DNA from: Octopus sinensis
Lineage: Eukaryota
Assembly (NCBI RefSeq): GCF_006345805.1
Contig: NC_043009.1
Span: 56,358,001-56,422,000, forward strand
Direction: 5' to 3'
DNA: 64,000 bases
Each line of letters starts with the position of its first letter. The stretch's first letter is position 1. This document shows positions 52,838 to 64,000 of this stretch, piece by piece. A program made the translations under genes and the position numbers. The notes under the pieces are model-generated. The model was not told the origin of the DNA. It was given only the letters and a program-made list of their open reading frames with translations, and ran no database searches.

Positions 52838-53440
52838 AAAATGGCGTTAACCTCTCACACTGACAAATAATTTTAAATAATATTGGCAACAAAACAAAAT
52901 ACCAGAGATTCACGGTGACCAAAAAGTTCGGCAGTAAATCCCGTTAGCTTCCGGTTTTTTTAACCATTTCTATATTTGACTTTATAATTTTCTGTTCCTT
53001 TTGAATTTAAATTAGAATAAATATAAGAATGTTTTATTTTTGTCGATATTTTTTTTTAAAGATTATGAAAATATATTTCTTTTCTCGCGAACTAATTTTT
53101 CAATCACATATGTAGACTTATTTACCGCAAAAACTGTATTAACTGTTCGCTAATTTGACTGAACTCGATCTATATTTTTTAAGTGTTGATAAAATTTCAA
53201 CATAAACTGCATAAATTCTTAAAGCGCATTTTATCTTAAATAGAAAAAGGAAGTAGAAGCGAGTGTTATTCTATTAAAATAAATATATAATGATTCCAAG
53301 AATTCAAGTGAACTTCTTTCCTTAAAATTTATTTCTTTACAATGAAAGGGGGGGGGTATTTCGAATCACGTGTGCAAACAATATAGACCAATGAGAACGT
53401 CAGTCGGTGATTCTGCGTAAGCGCGAGCCGTCTACGTCAT
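52838..53440. promoter_or_regulatory. Putative bidirectional promoter between Rab30 and PCF11
   Basis: Locally CpG-rich. YY1-like CGCCATTTT on minus (52838-52846); ETS ACCGGAAG on minus (52948-52955); E-box CACGTG (53367-53372); NF-Y consensus GACCAATGAG (CCAAT 53388-53392); two CRE/ATF half-sites ACGTCA (~53397 and ~53434). Confidence 0.65.
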
Positions 53441-53702
53441 TGTCCTGCGTCTCTTAGCTGTTACTTCGACTTCTCTTGAAGATGTCTAACAGAATTATAG
53501 CATTGTGAAAGAGAACAGCAACACTAAATATATATATCGCTACTAGAAAGTAATTTTGCAGGCAGGAAGTTTTTTTTTTTTTATATATTTTTCCAATATC
53601 TATTTTTTATGGAGCAGTTCTGAAGTTGGTGAAATTTCTCCTTATATCAAAAAGCTTTAAACAGAAGATTTCACTAGACTATATATATATATACATGAGA
53701 AA

Positions 53703-53861
53703 ATGGCTGATGCCGAAGAAGTGATAGATAGCTACCGTTCGTCTCTTGCTGACTTGACGATTAATAGCAAGCCACTAATCAGTATGTTGACCATGCTTGC
53801 CGAAGATCATATCCAGTATGCCCAACACATCGTTCAGCTGATCGAGCAGCATTTACAAAAG
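53703..53861 (+). CDS. PCF11: PCF11 (cleavage and polyadenylation factor) exon 1, N-terminal part of the CID domain, 53 codons
   Basis: YRSSLADLTINSKPLISMLTMLAED matches the PCF11 CID motif Y.SSL.DLT.NSKP.I.MLT.LAEE. Donor AAG|GTTTCG, phase 0. Confidence 0.95.
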
Positions 53862-53957
53862 GTTTCGCTTTCTACATTTTTTTTTTAGGATTCTATCAAT
53901 TCGCCATCGGATTTCAATCAATATTTTTGTTTCTTTTTTTTTATGTTTATTCCGCGA

Positions 53958-53967
53958 CCGCCATCTT
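53958..53967 (+). promoter_or_regulatory. YY1-like motif near the start of PCF11 intron 1
   Basis: CCGCCATCTT in a CpG patch about 100 nt into the intron; mirrors the minus-strand YY1 motif on the Rab30 side. Confidence 0.45.
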
Positions 53968-56759
53968 TGGTTTTGTGTGATTGAAATTTGAGTGCGAAAT
54001 GAAAGGTTCTCTTATTATTATTATAATTCTACTTTATGTGTTTGTGTTTTTTTTTTATACTTTTTCTCCTTCTTCTTCCAGTAATTGTATTGTGTAAATT
54101 TTCTTATTCCTTCCTTCCCTTTTTTTTAAAATGCGAATCATATAAGTAAATAATTCAGTATAGTATAACTCCTTGATTGAATTCATAATATAGGTCAGTT
54201 AACGTTTGTTTCATGACCTCTAGTTGTAGCTTTTTTTTCTCCTTTTTCCGTATATAATATTTTATTTCAAACTGATTTATAATTTAGTGGAACGTTTAAG
54301 CTGTCATAATCATGATCATTTTATTTATTTATTACTATAGGTTCAAATATTTCTTATAATGCTTAACGTTTTTAGTAAATAATTCAATGGACGACAGACA
54401 CACAGTCTTCTCTAGTTTGAGACGAGTTGGGTGTAAAACTACAGAATTAACAATCTGAAACTTGTTACACAACCATAAGTAATGATTCAGAGTTAAATAC
54501 GAAAGGCAATTTTTGTAGAAACTGAAACAGGATTGTACACACACTTGGTTTAGTAAGCAATAATGGAACTAATGTATTCTTAATGTTAAGCATACGGATG
54601 GATTTGAAAAAGCTTCAAACAAGATCGATTCTTTTTTTTCTATTCATTTTAGCTTTGCAAAGAAAGCAACGTTTTTAGAAAATTTGCAAATCCTCGTGAT
54701 TACAAAAGAATCTTCTCAGTTCCATCAAGGTGTTTTGTATTGCTCTATGGTTATTTTATTTAGATTAACGCATTCGACATAACAGATTGGTGTCCCACCC
54801 GACTCTGCTACCCTGTAACTGTATTTTTTTAAATGCAATATTTTTTTAATTGTTAGTAATTTTTGACAAAATTAGAAGCAAAAGTTGGGGTGGGAGCATT
54901 GGCACCCTCCTCCCTGTTACCGCTAATTTCTGTAGCTTTAGCATTTAATTTATTTATTTTAATGATTTATGTTTGAAACCCTTACATTCGCAAACCCATA
55001 CCCTCGAAAAAGTATTTCCATACAATTTTATTTTGAATTTTTCCCCCCTAAAACATATCTAAACTCTACGAAATTCCTTTTAAAATATGCTGTTTCAATT
55101 TGTAGTTATTCCTAATTTTCATCTTCCCTCTTATTGCGAATTTTAGTGTGTAAATCGTTATTAAATGCAATTCATTTACTTGCTTTAGATAGGATAATTA
55201 ATTATTCAGTTAATTTTCGAAGAGTTTTTAGTTATTTTGGAACGGCGTGTTTCTCGTGTACTTAAATCTCTGAATTTTGTGTGTGTGTATTTAATTTACT
55301 TCTATTGCCAATATTACTCCTATTGTCTTTCCTATTATTTTCACATTCTTCTAAACTTTAGTGTATATGTACTTCGTGGAAGGAATCGCGTATGTTTTAG
55401 TATTCTAAGTTATTTCTACTAATATCATGCAATATGGTGCCACTGGAGTCGAATATTTAAAACTGTGTATGTATATGTGTGTGTATATATATATAATAAT
55501 GATTCGTGCTAGTTTGCAATATTTTTTTAACCACGCGGTGTCTGAATTTTTATCTTCGTTTGTATGACTTCATGTGTAGTGTGTGTATGTATGTATATAT
55601 ATATATGCATCCACAAATATGGTATACATGATACACAGCCTGTGAGGTGGGAGTAAAAGTAAATGAAGGATGCTTTCTTTTTTTTTTATACGTTATTACG
55701 CTGCATTTTATTTATATATATATAATTTAATCCGTCCATTTAGTGTTATTTCGTAATCATTTCATGTCTGCACAGGTCTTTACACTATTAGAGTATATGT
55801 AATATATGTCTACCGTCGTAGCAGTTATCACTGTCGAACGCGTATGAAAGCCAAGCTTGTACAACTTGTGACATACAATGGTTGGCTTGTGCAGGGTGGA
55901 CTGTAGCCCGAACACATTGATTCGTTTTCTAGTCTGTTAGATAAGTTTTTATTCTGAAACCCCCCAAAAAATTACAGGAGATAAAACGTCAGTAATGAAT
56001 TTCAGAATGGGCATAGCATATAGTAGTCAAAAAAAAAACAATTTTTCGATTAGCATAATTTTATTGGGTCAATATTTTCGTCTTGACCCTATTGGGTTAA
56101 TGTTGTATACTATGTGAAATTTAGTTTCATCCGTCTCCAGTTAGTATTTTCTTTGTATTTGTTTTCCCTCCGACAACTAAACCACCTCCATGTTCTTGAA
56201 ACCTCCTTGTTTAGTAGTAACTGGGCGGGGTTTCCGTTAATAGACCTTTCACCCTCTCCTTCCCCGAATTTTATTCTAATTAGCATGGTTGTTTCCCTTT
56301 TATCACTTTAGCACAATAGAAATAACTCGTAGAAAACGTCAACTCTGTGTGTATATATATACACACACGATGTTGTAGTCTTTGAAGTAAAGGAGCGGCT
56401 CTAGAGTTAACTGCAATGCAAGATTTGTTTTGTTTTTACCATTATCTTATGGAAAGCTTAAAATTCGTCTTTAAAAATTGTACTTTTTGTAATGACATAC
56501 TAACTCTCCCCTTGCTTGCCATTAGAGGTTCGTCATACAAAAATATTTAAAAGAATTTTCCGATAATCTTTTTAATCTTTGTACATATAAAATGTCGAAC
56601 ATCATACTGGAGTAGACTAAAAGCGAACAAATAATCGTTATAATTGGCAGTATCAAATAGCAGGATGTCTTTTTTTATATTTATTAGTTATTTCATATAT
56701 TTTAAGTCTTTAGTTGTTTTTCCTAGTAGCTATAAAAATGCACTTTTACAAGAAAAGAA

Positions 56760-57034
56760 GGCATTCTTTCTATATAACTCGACAAAATCAAAACATTTCA
56801 CTTCGGTTATTTTCGTGGGTTGTGGAGTATAGATATAACGAAATTATGCCAGCCATGTCTCATTTTGAACTTGAAGAAAAAAAAAGCCTTGCATATTTGT
56901 CCTTACCTGTTTCATATATGTATGTAAAATTCGCAAATTTCCAAGCAGAAAACAGAATCGAACTGTCATTTGCTTCCACGGAAATACCCGAAGTGAAATG
57001 TTTTGATTTTGTCGAGTTATATCGAAAGAATGCC
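56760..57034. mobile_element. MITE (275 bp) with 59-bp TIRs and a perfect 8-bp TSD, in PCF11 intron 1
   Basis: Arms 56760-56818 and 56976-57034 with 3 mismatches; TSD GAAAAGAA at 56752-56759 and 57035-57042. Confidence 0.9.
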
Positions 57035-60000
57035 GAAAAGAAAAATTTATCTGGATAGCCTTTTTTTTAAAGGTAAAGTTTACTTTGATCTCCATCTTAC
57101 GGTTATTATGTAAGTTTGAAAACCTATTTAAAAGTTGCTCTGTATATAAAAGTTAAATAAAAGATCTGGAAATACCTTTAAAAAAATTCTTTGTATTTGT
57201 CACTGCTGGTTATTGATAATTTTGATTTTAGTTTGTATCACTTTGTTCGATATTTTATGTACAAAGATTGAAAGGTTACAGTTTTTCTAAAGAAGTTTGT
57301 CAAAATACATTGACTGACTCGTAATTCTCTCTTTAGAAAAAAATGACGGGCGAAAATATCGGGTATTCTCTGACACAAAATTGACAAATTGCTTTAACGA
57401 AATATTTTAATTTTAATAGCTTGAACCAAGTTGTCATTTTAAAAAATAGATAACCTGGTGGTGAGTTTGAGAGAGAAGTTAAGAAAAATAAAAGCTTTAA
57501 TTATGGTTGGCAAATCCAGCCATATGCATGCTTTTTCTTCATTTCACTTTCTTTTCTATGTTCATTTGTGGATTTTATATATTAAAGCACATGCTAATTG
57601 TCATTCAGTCCCTTCGTATGATTAAAATTAAAATCGAACAAGAGGTAAGCTCAAGTTCTACTAGCCTACGATCTTGATTTAGTTTCTGTTAAACTTATTT
57701 TACACAGTTCAAGATCAGTGATTGGGAGAATATATATCTTAATCATATTGATGTCTTAGATTGCTGCAAGATATATTTGATTGTATTGCCTTGGCGTGTT
57801 ATTTGCTTTGTCTGCTCCAGGTGGCTTTAGTTTTGTGTAACTTGTTTAGGTAATGTTCTGACATCTAAATTGGAAACAATTTACTAATATCTTACAGAAC
57901 AAGAAAATGTTGCTGTTTCATTTAGTGTTCTTTTTTTTCTGTTGCAACAAGAAGTGTTACGACCTGTTCGGGTAAATCCAGTTAAATGCTTCACTGGTAT
58001 TTTCTATGTCAGATAGTAATCTGGTAGTAGTGTTTCAAATTGTCATAGTTGCTGGGAAAACAAACAAACAAAAAATACTTTGTCTCTAAAAACACTATTT
58101 CCATCTAAATTTCAGAAAACATCTTGGCAACTTCTCTGCTTTCTTTGCAGGAAATCTTTTGCCTGCTTGTCTTGTGTGGACTGACTTAATATTGAAAGGT
58201 TTCTGTGCCAATCCTCAAATTTATTCTGTACTTTTATGGCTTAAGAGAAATTTGAAAGTGAACTTAATTGTCAATTTTGGTTAAAAGAAATGTTTGGTAG
58301 TTAAAACTTTCAAAGTTAAGCATTTATACTTTTGTATCCATACGCTTATATATGGTTAAAATGGTGGGGGTGGATTGCATGGCAAAAAGTATACATTGAT
58401 ATTTATAGGTTAAATACCAAAGCCGCATGAGGTTATGCATATTGGTTAACAGTGTGGAATGATAGATATATTTTAGTATCTTCATGTGTTCGGGTTCAAT
58501 AATACAAGCCTATGTAACAATTGTTATGGACTTAACAGCTTCAGGTGAACATTTGATTCTAGATTAGAAACAAGTGTGGTGGGTGGTTTGGTTTTGAATC
58601 ACCCATGCTTTGGAAATAATTTTGTAGAACCTGTGGAAATGTTTTTCACAGCAATTTTCTGTTCACATATAGAATATTTTATTGTAGTTAAACTCTAGGG
58701 TTTTTTTTAAAAAATCTTAGTCTTCTTTGCAAGTATATGTTTAATCATTAGTTTTTGTCTGCTTTTCCCTTATTACCATTGATTGGAGGAGTTTGAGACA
58801 GTGTTCTACAGCTGGATGCCCAGCTGGCTTTTTTTTTTTAGAGTAAGGTACTATACATCATACAAATTTACAAGTTGCTATACTTTTCGCGTAGGTCATG
58901 AAAACCATCTCTGCCAGCTGAATGATCTCAATTGTTTTAACATTTGTTTTTCCATACTTTCATGAGGAAGAGATTTCTACAGTCAAGGTGCACTTCTCGT
59001 TTCTGAGCAGGGTAGTAATCCCTCCCAATCTACTAGACAACAAACAGTCCAGGCAAGGTTATACTGAGCCTTTTGTTTACAGAGATCACACATGTCAAGG
59101 AGCCCAGCAGACTTTCACATTAAATTGCAAGCAGACATATTTATCAGCTGTGAGACTTGTTTCCAGTCAGTGAACATATGTGAAGACTGGGGAAATAATT
59201 AGCTATATTTCATCTTACATCTACCAGTTTCATTCAAAAGGCATTAGATCAGCCAACAGCAACCACAGTTGGGCAGGATCACTCACCACGTTCTGAAGCA
59301 TGATGAAGAGCACTTGCCCAAGGTGCCATCCAGTGGAGTAAGCCAGAAAGCACTGCTTATAATATTTTGTGATGTATATATATGTGTTTGTCATTGATTG
59401 TTTGTTAGAATTAACTCTAGAAAATATATAACCTTTTGTGTCCATCACATGGTGATGGCTTTTGATGTTACTCAGCTGAACTCTCATTAACACTTAGCTG
59501 ATGAGTATTAATACATTCACCATATTCCACTTTACCTACTTATTAACACCAAACCAAAACTGAAAAATATTCAACTTTTGAATTAGGCTTTCGAGCTATT
59601 TAGATAACTGTTTTGTGACATTAACAGTTCCTGAAAATATCACTTCTAATAACTTGCTGCATGATATTGAATAATCAACACATAATTTTATTAGTATTTA
59701 CTTTGGTCATTCTAAATGTTGCTGGTGTTTTGTGACATGGACTCTGGCTTTTGAGATAGTTTTATTGGGGTAGAGATTTCCTTGCACTTTTGGGGGTCGT
59801 TCACTGTTGAGTTCCAATTTTTCCAACACAAGTGCACTCTCTTTTACAACTAGGTGTACTCGACTGTTTTGAGAGCAATATTTCTAGAACAAGCTGCTGG
59901 CACTTTGCTTGTCTTTTGCCCTAAACATTCAGGCCATTTGTTGGGGTCCAGTTTTCATCTGCCTCCTATTCTCACTTAGCTATAGAATAGAGGCAACCTT

Positions 60001-61267
60001 TGTATCCATGGTTTATATAGTTATGTATAAACCCCTTGGTAGCCACTTTAAAATGTTCAAACAACGGTTTGTTTGGAATGTCAAGGATTAGAACCTTTTG
60101 TCCAATCAGAGACTGCCAGTAACTTAAAATCCACCCAGTTCTTGCTACACCTTGATAAGTGATAGAGAAGTGACTCATGATAAAAAGGTCATTTAGCCAT
60201 AAAAATGGAATCTCTAAGTAAAATATGTACATTTCAAGCTATCTAGGACCAAGCACTGAATAAGAACTGACACCGAATAAAAGAGATTCTGTAATTCAGC
60301 TCCTTTGGTATCACTGGTGTGATAAAACAGTCCACCCTGTATGATATGCAACAACAAAGCCAAAAAGTATCATCAATCAATAACTTAAACCCTTTAGACT
60401 TGCACTACCTATGGACACTTAACTGTCCAGCTAATTGTTCACGTCATATTTATTGGGAGTTAGTATTACATATATCAACTAACACTTAGCCAATTCCCAC
60501 GGCTTTGTGTTTGTAGTTGTGGGCCTAGGCTCAGTACCATGCAGCCCACATTCTATATGTTCTTTATGCAGTCTACCTTGTGCATAGAGCCTGAGAAACT
60601 TTGGATGCCTTTAAGTCAACTAGGTGTGTGTCTATGTATAGGGATAAATTTTAAGAGTTACTATTTCCTTGATGATAAGTTGTAACTATTTCTAATAAAC
60701 GTTTAAGGATCATTGGTATTGTTCATTTGAAGTGTGTGTGAATCCTATACAAGCTAAGGTAGGTAAGTACACACTTGAATGGTTCTAGTTTGGGTTATGG
60801 TTTGAGTATCAACCATTTAACAAAATTGAATTTTCCAGAACTAGATTAAATTGGCTGTGTTCAACAAATTTTATCCCTAGTAAAACTTGAATCATTTGGG
60901 TGTGTATTTCACTCTTGCTTTTTGTGGAGTTGGGAAGCAATATGCATTTTGTATGTGTGTATTGAAGGTGCTTGGTATTGATTCTCATGTTTTGATGAAT
61001 GTTCAAGTAATTTTTGTGGTCATGTGAACTTTTGTGTGAGTATGGCATGATGGCGTATATGACAGTAATATTCTTTATTTTGTTGAAAATATAAATTAAG
61101 TGCATTTGTGATAAGGGGTTACACTTGTTTTTATCCAATAAGTTTGGATTTTGTATGTGCAAACACAGATACATATGTAAATTAATAAACTCAAAACTTA
61201 TCTTAATTACACTTGTGTGTAATTTTCTTTTTTCTCTTTCTCTTTTTTTTTTTTTTTTTTTTTCCAG

Positions 61268-62100
61268 ACAGGATGGTGACTCAGTAGTAGAGTGCTGGCA
61301 GTTGGGGTTATATTATTACTATTAGTATCACAAGAATGAATGCATTAATTAGTTTATGAAGTACGATAATTACATATCAGAGGTATTGATTAGTTATGCT
61401 GTAAATTTTACCCAATAGATTATTTATGAATGGCTGCCGCTCCATCCAGTAAATAATTGTTCATAATTTTAGTCTTTAGCTTGATGAAGAAATGGCTGAA
61501 GAAATTTTCTCCCTTGAAATTATTTTATCATATATAACTCAAAATGTGATTTCCATTTACTACGGAATCATTTTGTTTAACCGTGGGTTACTGTGAAAAT
61601 ATCTCAAAATGTTAAATCAGTATCCCAGTAAAGGTAAAATTGAGTATTAATACAAATTAAGAACTTTTCATTGTAGTAAAGGTACCCTCCTTGGACAACT
61701 CATGGGCTATCTGTTCTGTTAATAAAAAGTATGTCCAGATAGATTGCTGATGTATTAATAACTTGTCTTTGAAACAGCAATAAACAAAAGTTTATAATTA
61801 TTGGCCACTTGAACCTTAAATTTACTGTCTTGAATTACAGTATCGGAACAAAAAACCCGTGAAGCATAATGCGTGTGTCTAAGCATGTAATGCAGATAAA
61901 AAAAATAATAAATGATTAATGGGTTATCTTTGAGTAGAAATAAAATGAATTTCATTTGAATTGGCTGCTTTTACACTCTCTTACCCTGAGAAGCTACATC
62001 ATCTCAAGCTGGATTCAGCAAAAGTATCAAGAAATTTCAGCTGGCGTTTGTTGAACAGTTAGAAACTGTATTAGTTTATAAGAATAAATTATTGCCAGTC
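61268..62100 (+). other. PCF11: Candidate alternative terminal or poison exon in PCF11 intron 1
   Basis: ~44-nt polypyrimidine tract plus CCAG (61222-61267); in-frame stop after 3 codons; AATAAA at 61721, 61779, 61907 and 62083. Confidence 0.5.
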
Positions 62101-63348
62101 AATATGTCTTGCCTTCTGAGTACTTAACATGCAAGTTTGTTTTGTTTTTATCATAAATGAAGTTTCAATTTTGAACAGATGCAGGTTTAGTTGATCAAGT
62201 TGGCTGGCAGCATGTTTTTCAAAAATTTCTATTTTTAAATAATTAGCTTACTTTTGATGCTAATTAATTATTATTTTAACATATTGTGATTATAAAGTTT
62301 GAAGTTTATGTCGCCAACTTTCTCTAAACTTGTTTCTTTCACTCTTGAGAGGTTCCCAAATCAATTAGATGGTTTACTGTGAAATGAATGTTCTTTATAA
62401 GAGTTATTGTAACAACAACTCTGAATAATTTTATGTTTGCTGCTAATGTTGGTAATTCATTTAATAATACAAAATCTGATATAAATTAACATGTATTTTA
62501 ATTGCAAATCATAAGATTGTTTGTTTTGTGTTGTTACAAAACTCTTTGCCATCTATTTTGGGAATCTTTATTGGGTTTATTTTGCCTTAAACTGGCTAAG
62601 TTGTATCAATGGAATCCATTCATTTTGCAAAATTACGAAGAAACCCTGTTGTGATTCACTGGACAAGAATCATTTTCCATCAGATAGTGGAGCTTGAAGA
62701 AGGAGCATCAAAAGAAAAGCTGTAGGAATGAAGATGCTACACACTTTCTTAAATGAAGATGGTTTTCTGATTATGCATTTACATGTGAAATATAGGGCGG
62801 TGTTATTTCTTTTACACCGTGCTGTAACAAACATTAGAAATTGATAAACAGGTGGAAAACATCGCTCCTGCTGATCATTGATATTCTTGGTAATAAATAC
62901 TTCAAAAATATTTTTGTATCCTGGATTTGTCATTCTTTGTTGGCCATTTACTAGGTCATTTCTGACCTAAGGAATGTATCTTATAGTAAGCATCACGATT
63001 CCTTCCAAAGCACCTGTTAAGTTCCATTCTTTTGGATGTCAGGTAAGAGTTTGGACATTTCTTCATACTCTTTATATTTCAATTATATTTTTAAAGTAAG
63101 CTGTGTAATTTGGCTCCTTGCCAATATTTAACAATTATTGACATGTGAATTATTTCAGTGTATTTTCAAAGTCACGGCTTACTCAAAACACTGAACTTGG
63201 TCACGCTAGTTCATTTATATAAACTGAATAATCGAGCATTCGGTTTTTTCCCCTCTCCCTCAGAACTTGAGATTATGGTGATTTATTTTGTGTTCACATT
63301 TCCAAAATATCATATTTCATATTTTGAGTCTGTTTTTGTTCTTTTCAG

Positions 63349-63477
63349 GTGAAACCATCACAGAAATTGCCAGTTCTATATTTGATTGATTCGATAATAA
63401 AGAATCTGGATGATTGTGAATATCCTCAGCTTTTCAGCAAAAATATAGTTGCTATATTTTGTGATACTTTTGAAAAG
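63349..63477 (+). CDS. PCF11: PCF11 exon 2 (VKPSQKLPVLYLIDSIIKNLDDCEYPQLFSKNIVAIFCDTFEK, 43 codons)
   Basis: Translated by hand. KLPVLYLIDSIIKN is the CID signature. Acceptor TTCTTTTCAG, donor AAG|GTTAGG, phase 0/0. Intron 1 spans 53862-63348 (9487 nt). Gene continues beyond the window. Confidence 0.95.
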
Positions 63478-64000
63478 GTTAGGATGAGTTGCAGTGATTT
63501 TTATGTAGATTTCTAAACCTTAATATTCAGATGGGTGGGTTTTGTGAAAGGTAATTTGGATGCTCTTTAGTTGAATAAAGTTTAGCTTTTTTTTTTTTCA
63601 ATTTTGATTATCTCTAATTTTCAATTCTCTTGTATTGATTGCTTTATTAAAGAATATATTTCAATGATTTTGTGATGTGCTTTATACATCAGATGTTTTA
63701 CATTGAACAGAGAACTTAAGTTATCAATTAATTAGTTTGTAAAGTTACTTGGCTATTTTTCTATTTTGAGTTCTTAGTACTGTGCCAAGTAGATTTGCTA
63801 CACATTAATTCATTTGCTGAATATGTTTGTAATGGAAAAGGTTTCCGAAATGTAAGAAGATTGACAGACTGACTATTGGGTTTGTATTGCTAAATATACA
63901 GGTTTTTTTGGTATATAGGTGGATGAAAAAACCAGAGGATCCATGTACAAACTTAGACAGACTTGGCAGATGTTTTTCCCTAACCAGAAACTATATGCAC

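Noticed and set aside
55905-55925. GAACACATTGATTCG, reminiscent of a 5.8S rRNA segment
   Set aside because: Match is only about 12 nt with no flanking rRNA similarity.
56714-57095. Two antiparallel ORFs sharing the peptide TRQNQNISLR
   Set aside because: Artefact of the MITE's inverted repeats.
1-64000. CRISPR arrays, operons or prokaryotic defence systems
   Set aside because: The sequence is intron-containing eukaryotic DNA; recurring repeats are dispersed SINEs/MITEs or microsatellites, not repeat-spacer arrays.

Overview
AT-rich, microsatellite- and TE-dense animal genomic DNA, most likely an octopus or other coleoid cephalopod (inferred from the SINE families, repeat load and protein divergence; not proven). 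Two host genes are present, arranged head to head. Rab30 is on the minus strand with a complete 4-exon CDS (46091->30133, 201 aa). PCF11 starts on the plus strand, with exon 1 at 53703-53861 and exon 2 at 63349-63477, and continues past the window end. A CpG-containing promoter region lies between them (~52.8-54.0 kb). The rest is introns, UTR-like sequence and TE remnants: a maT/DD37D element, a mariner, an IR/DR-type Tc1, piggyBac- and hAT-type MITEs, a MITE with an 8-bp TSD, RTE and HERO-like LINEs, a Gypsy integrase fragment and several SINE families. The strongest leads are: (1) a very strong splice acceptor followed by an immediate stop and an AATAAA cluster inside PCF11 intron 1, suggesting premature-termination autoregulation like that known in vertebrates; (2) the divergent Rab30-PCF11 pair, which matches the human arrangement; (3) a single-copy pre-miRNA-like hairpin at 20857-20939; (4) long inverted repeats in Rab30 intron 3 that could be ADAR substrates; (5) an orphan minus-strand terminal exon that is phase-compatible with Rab30 exon 3. 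All splicing and regulatory calls beyond the coding exons are predictions read by eye.
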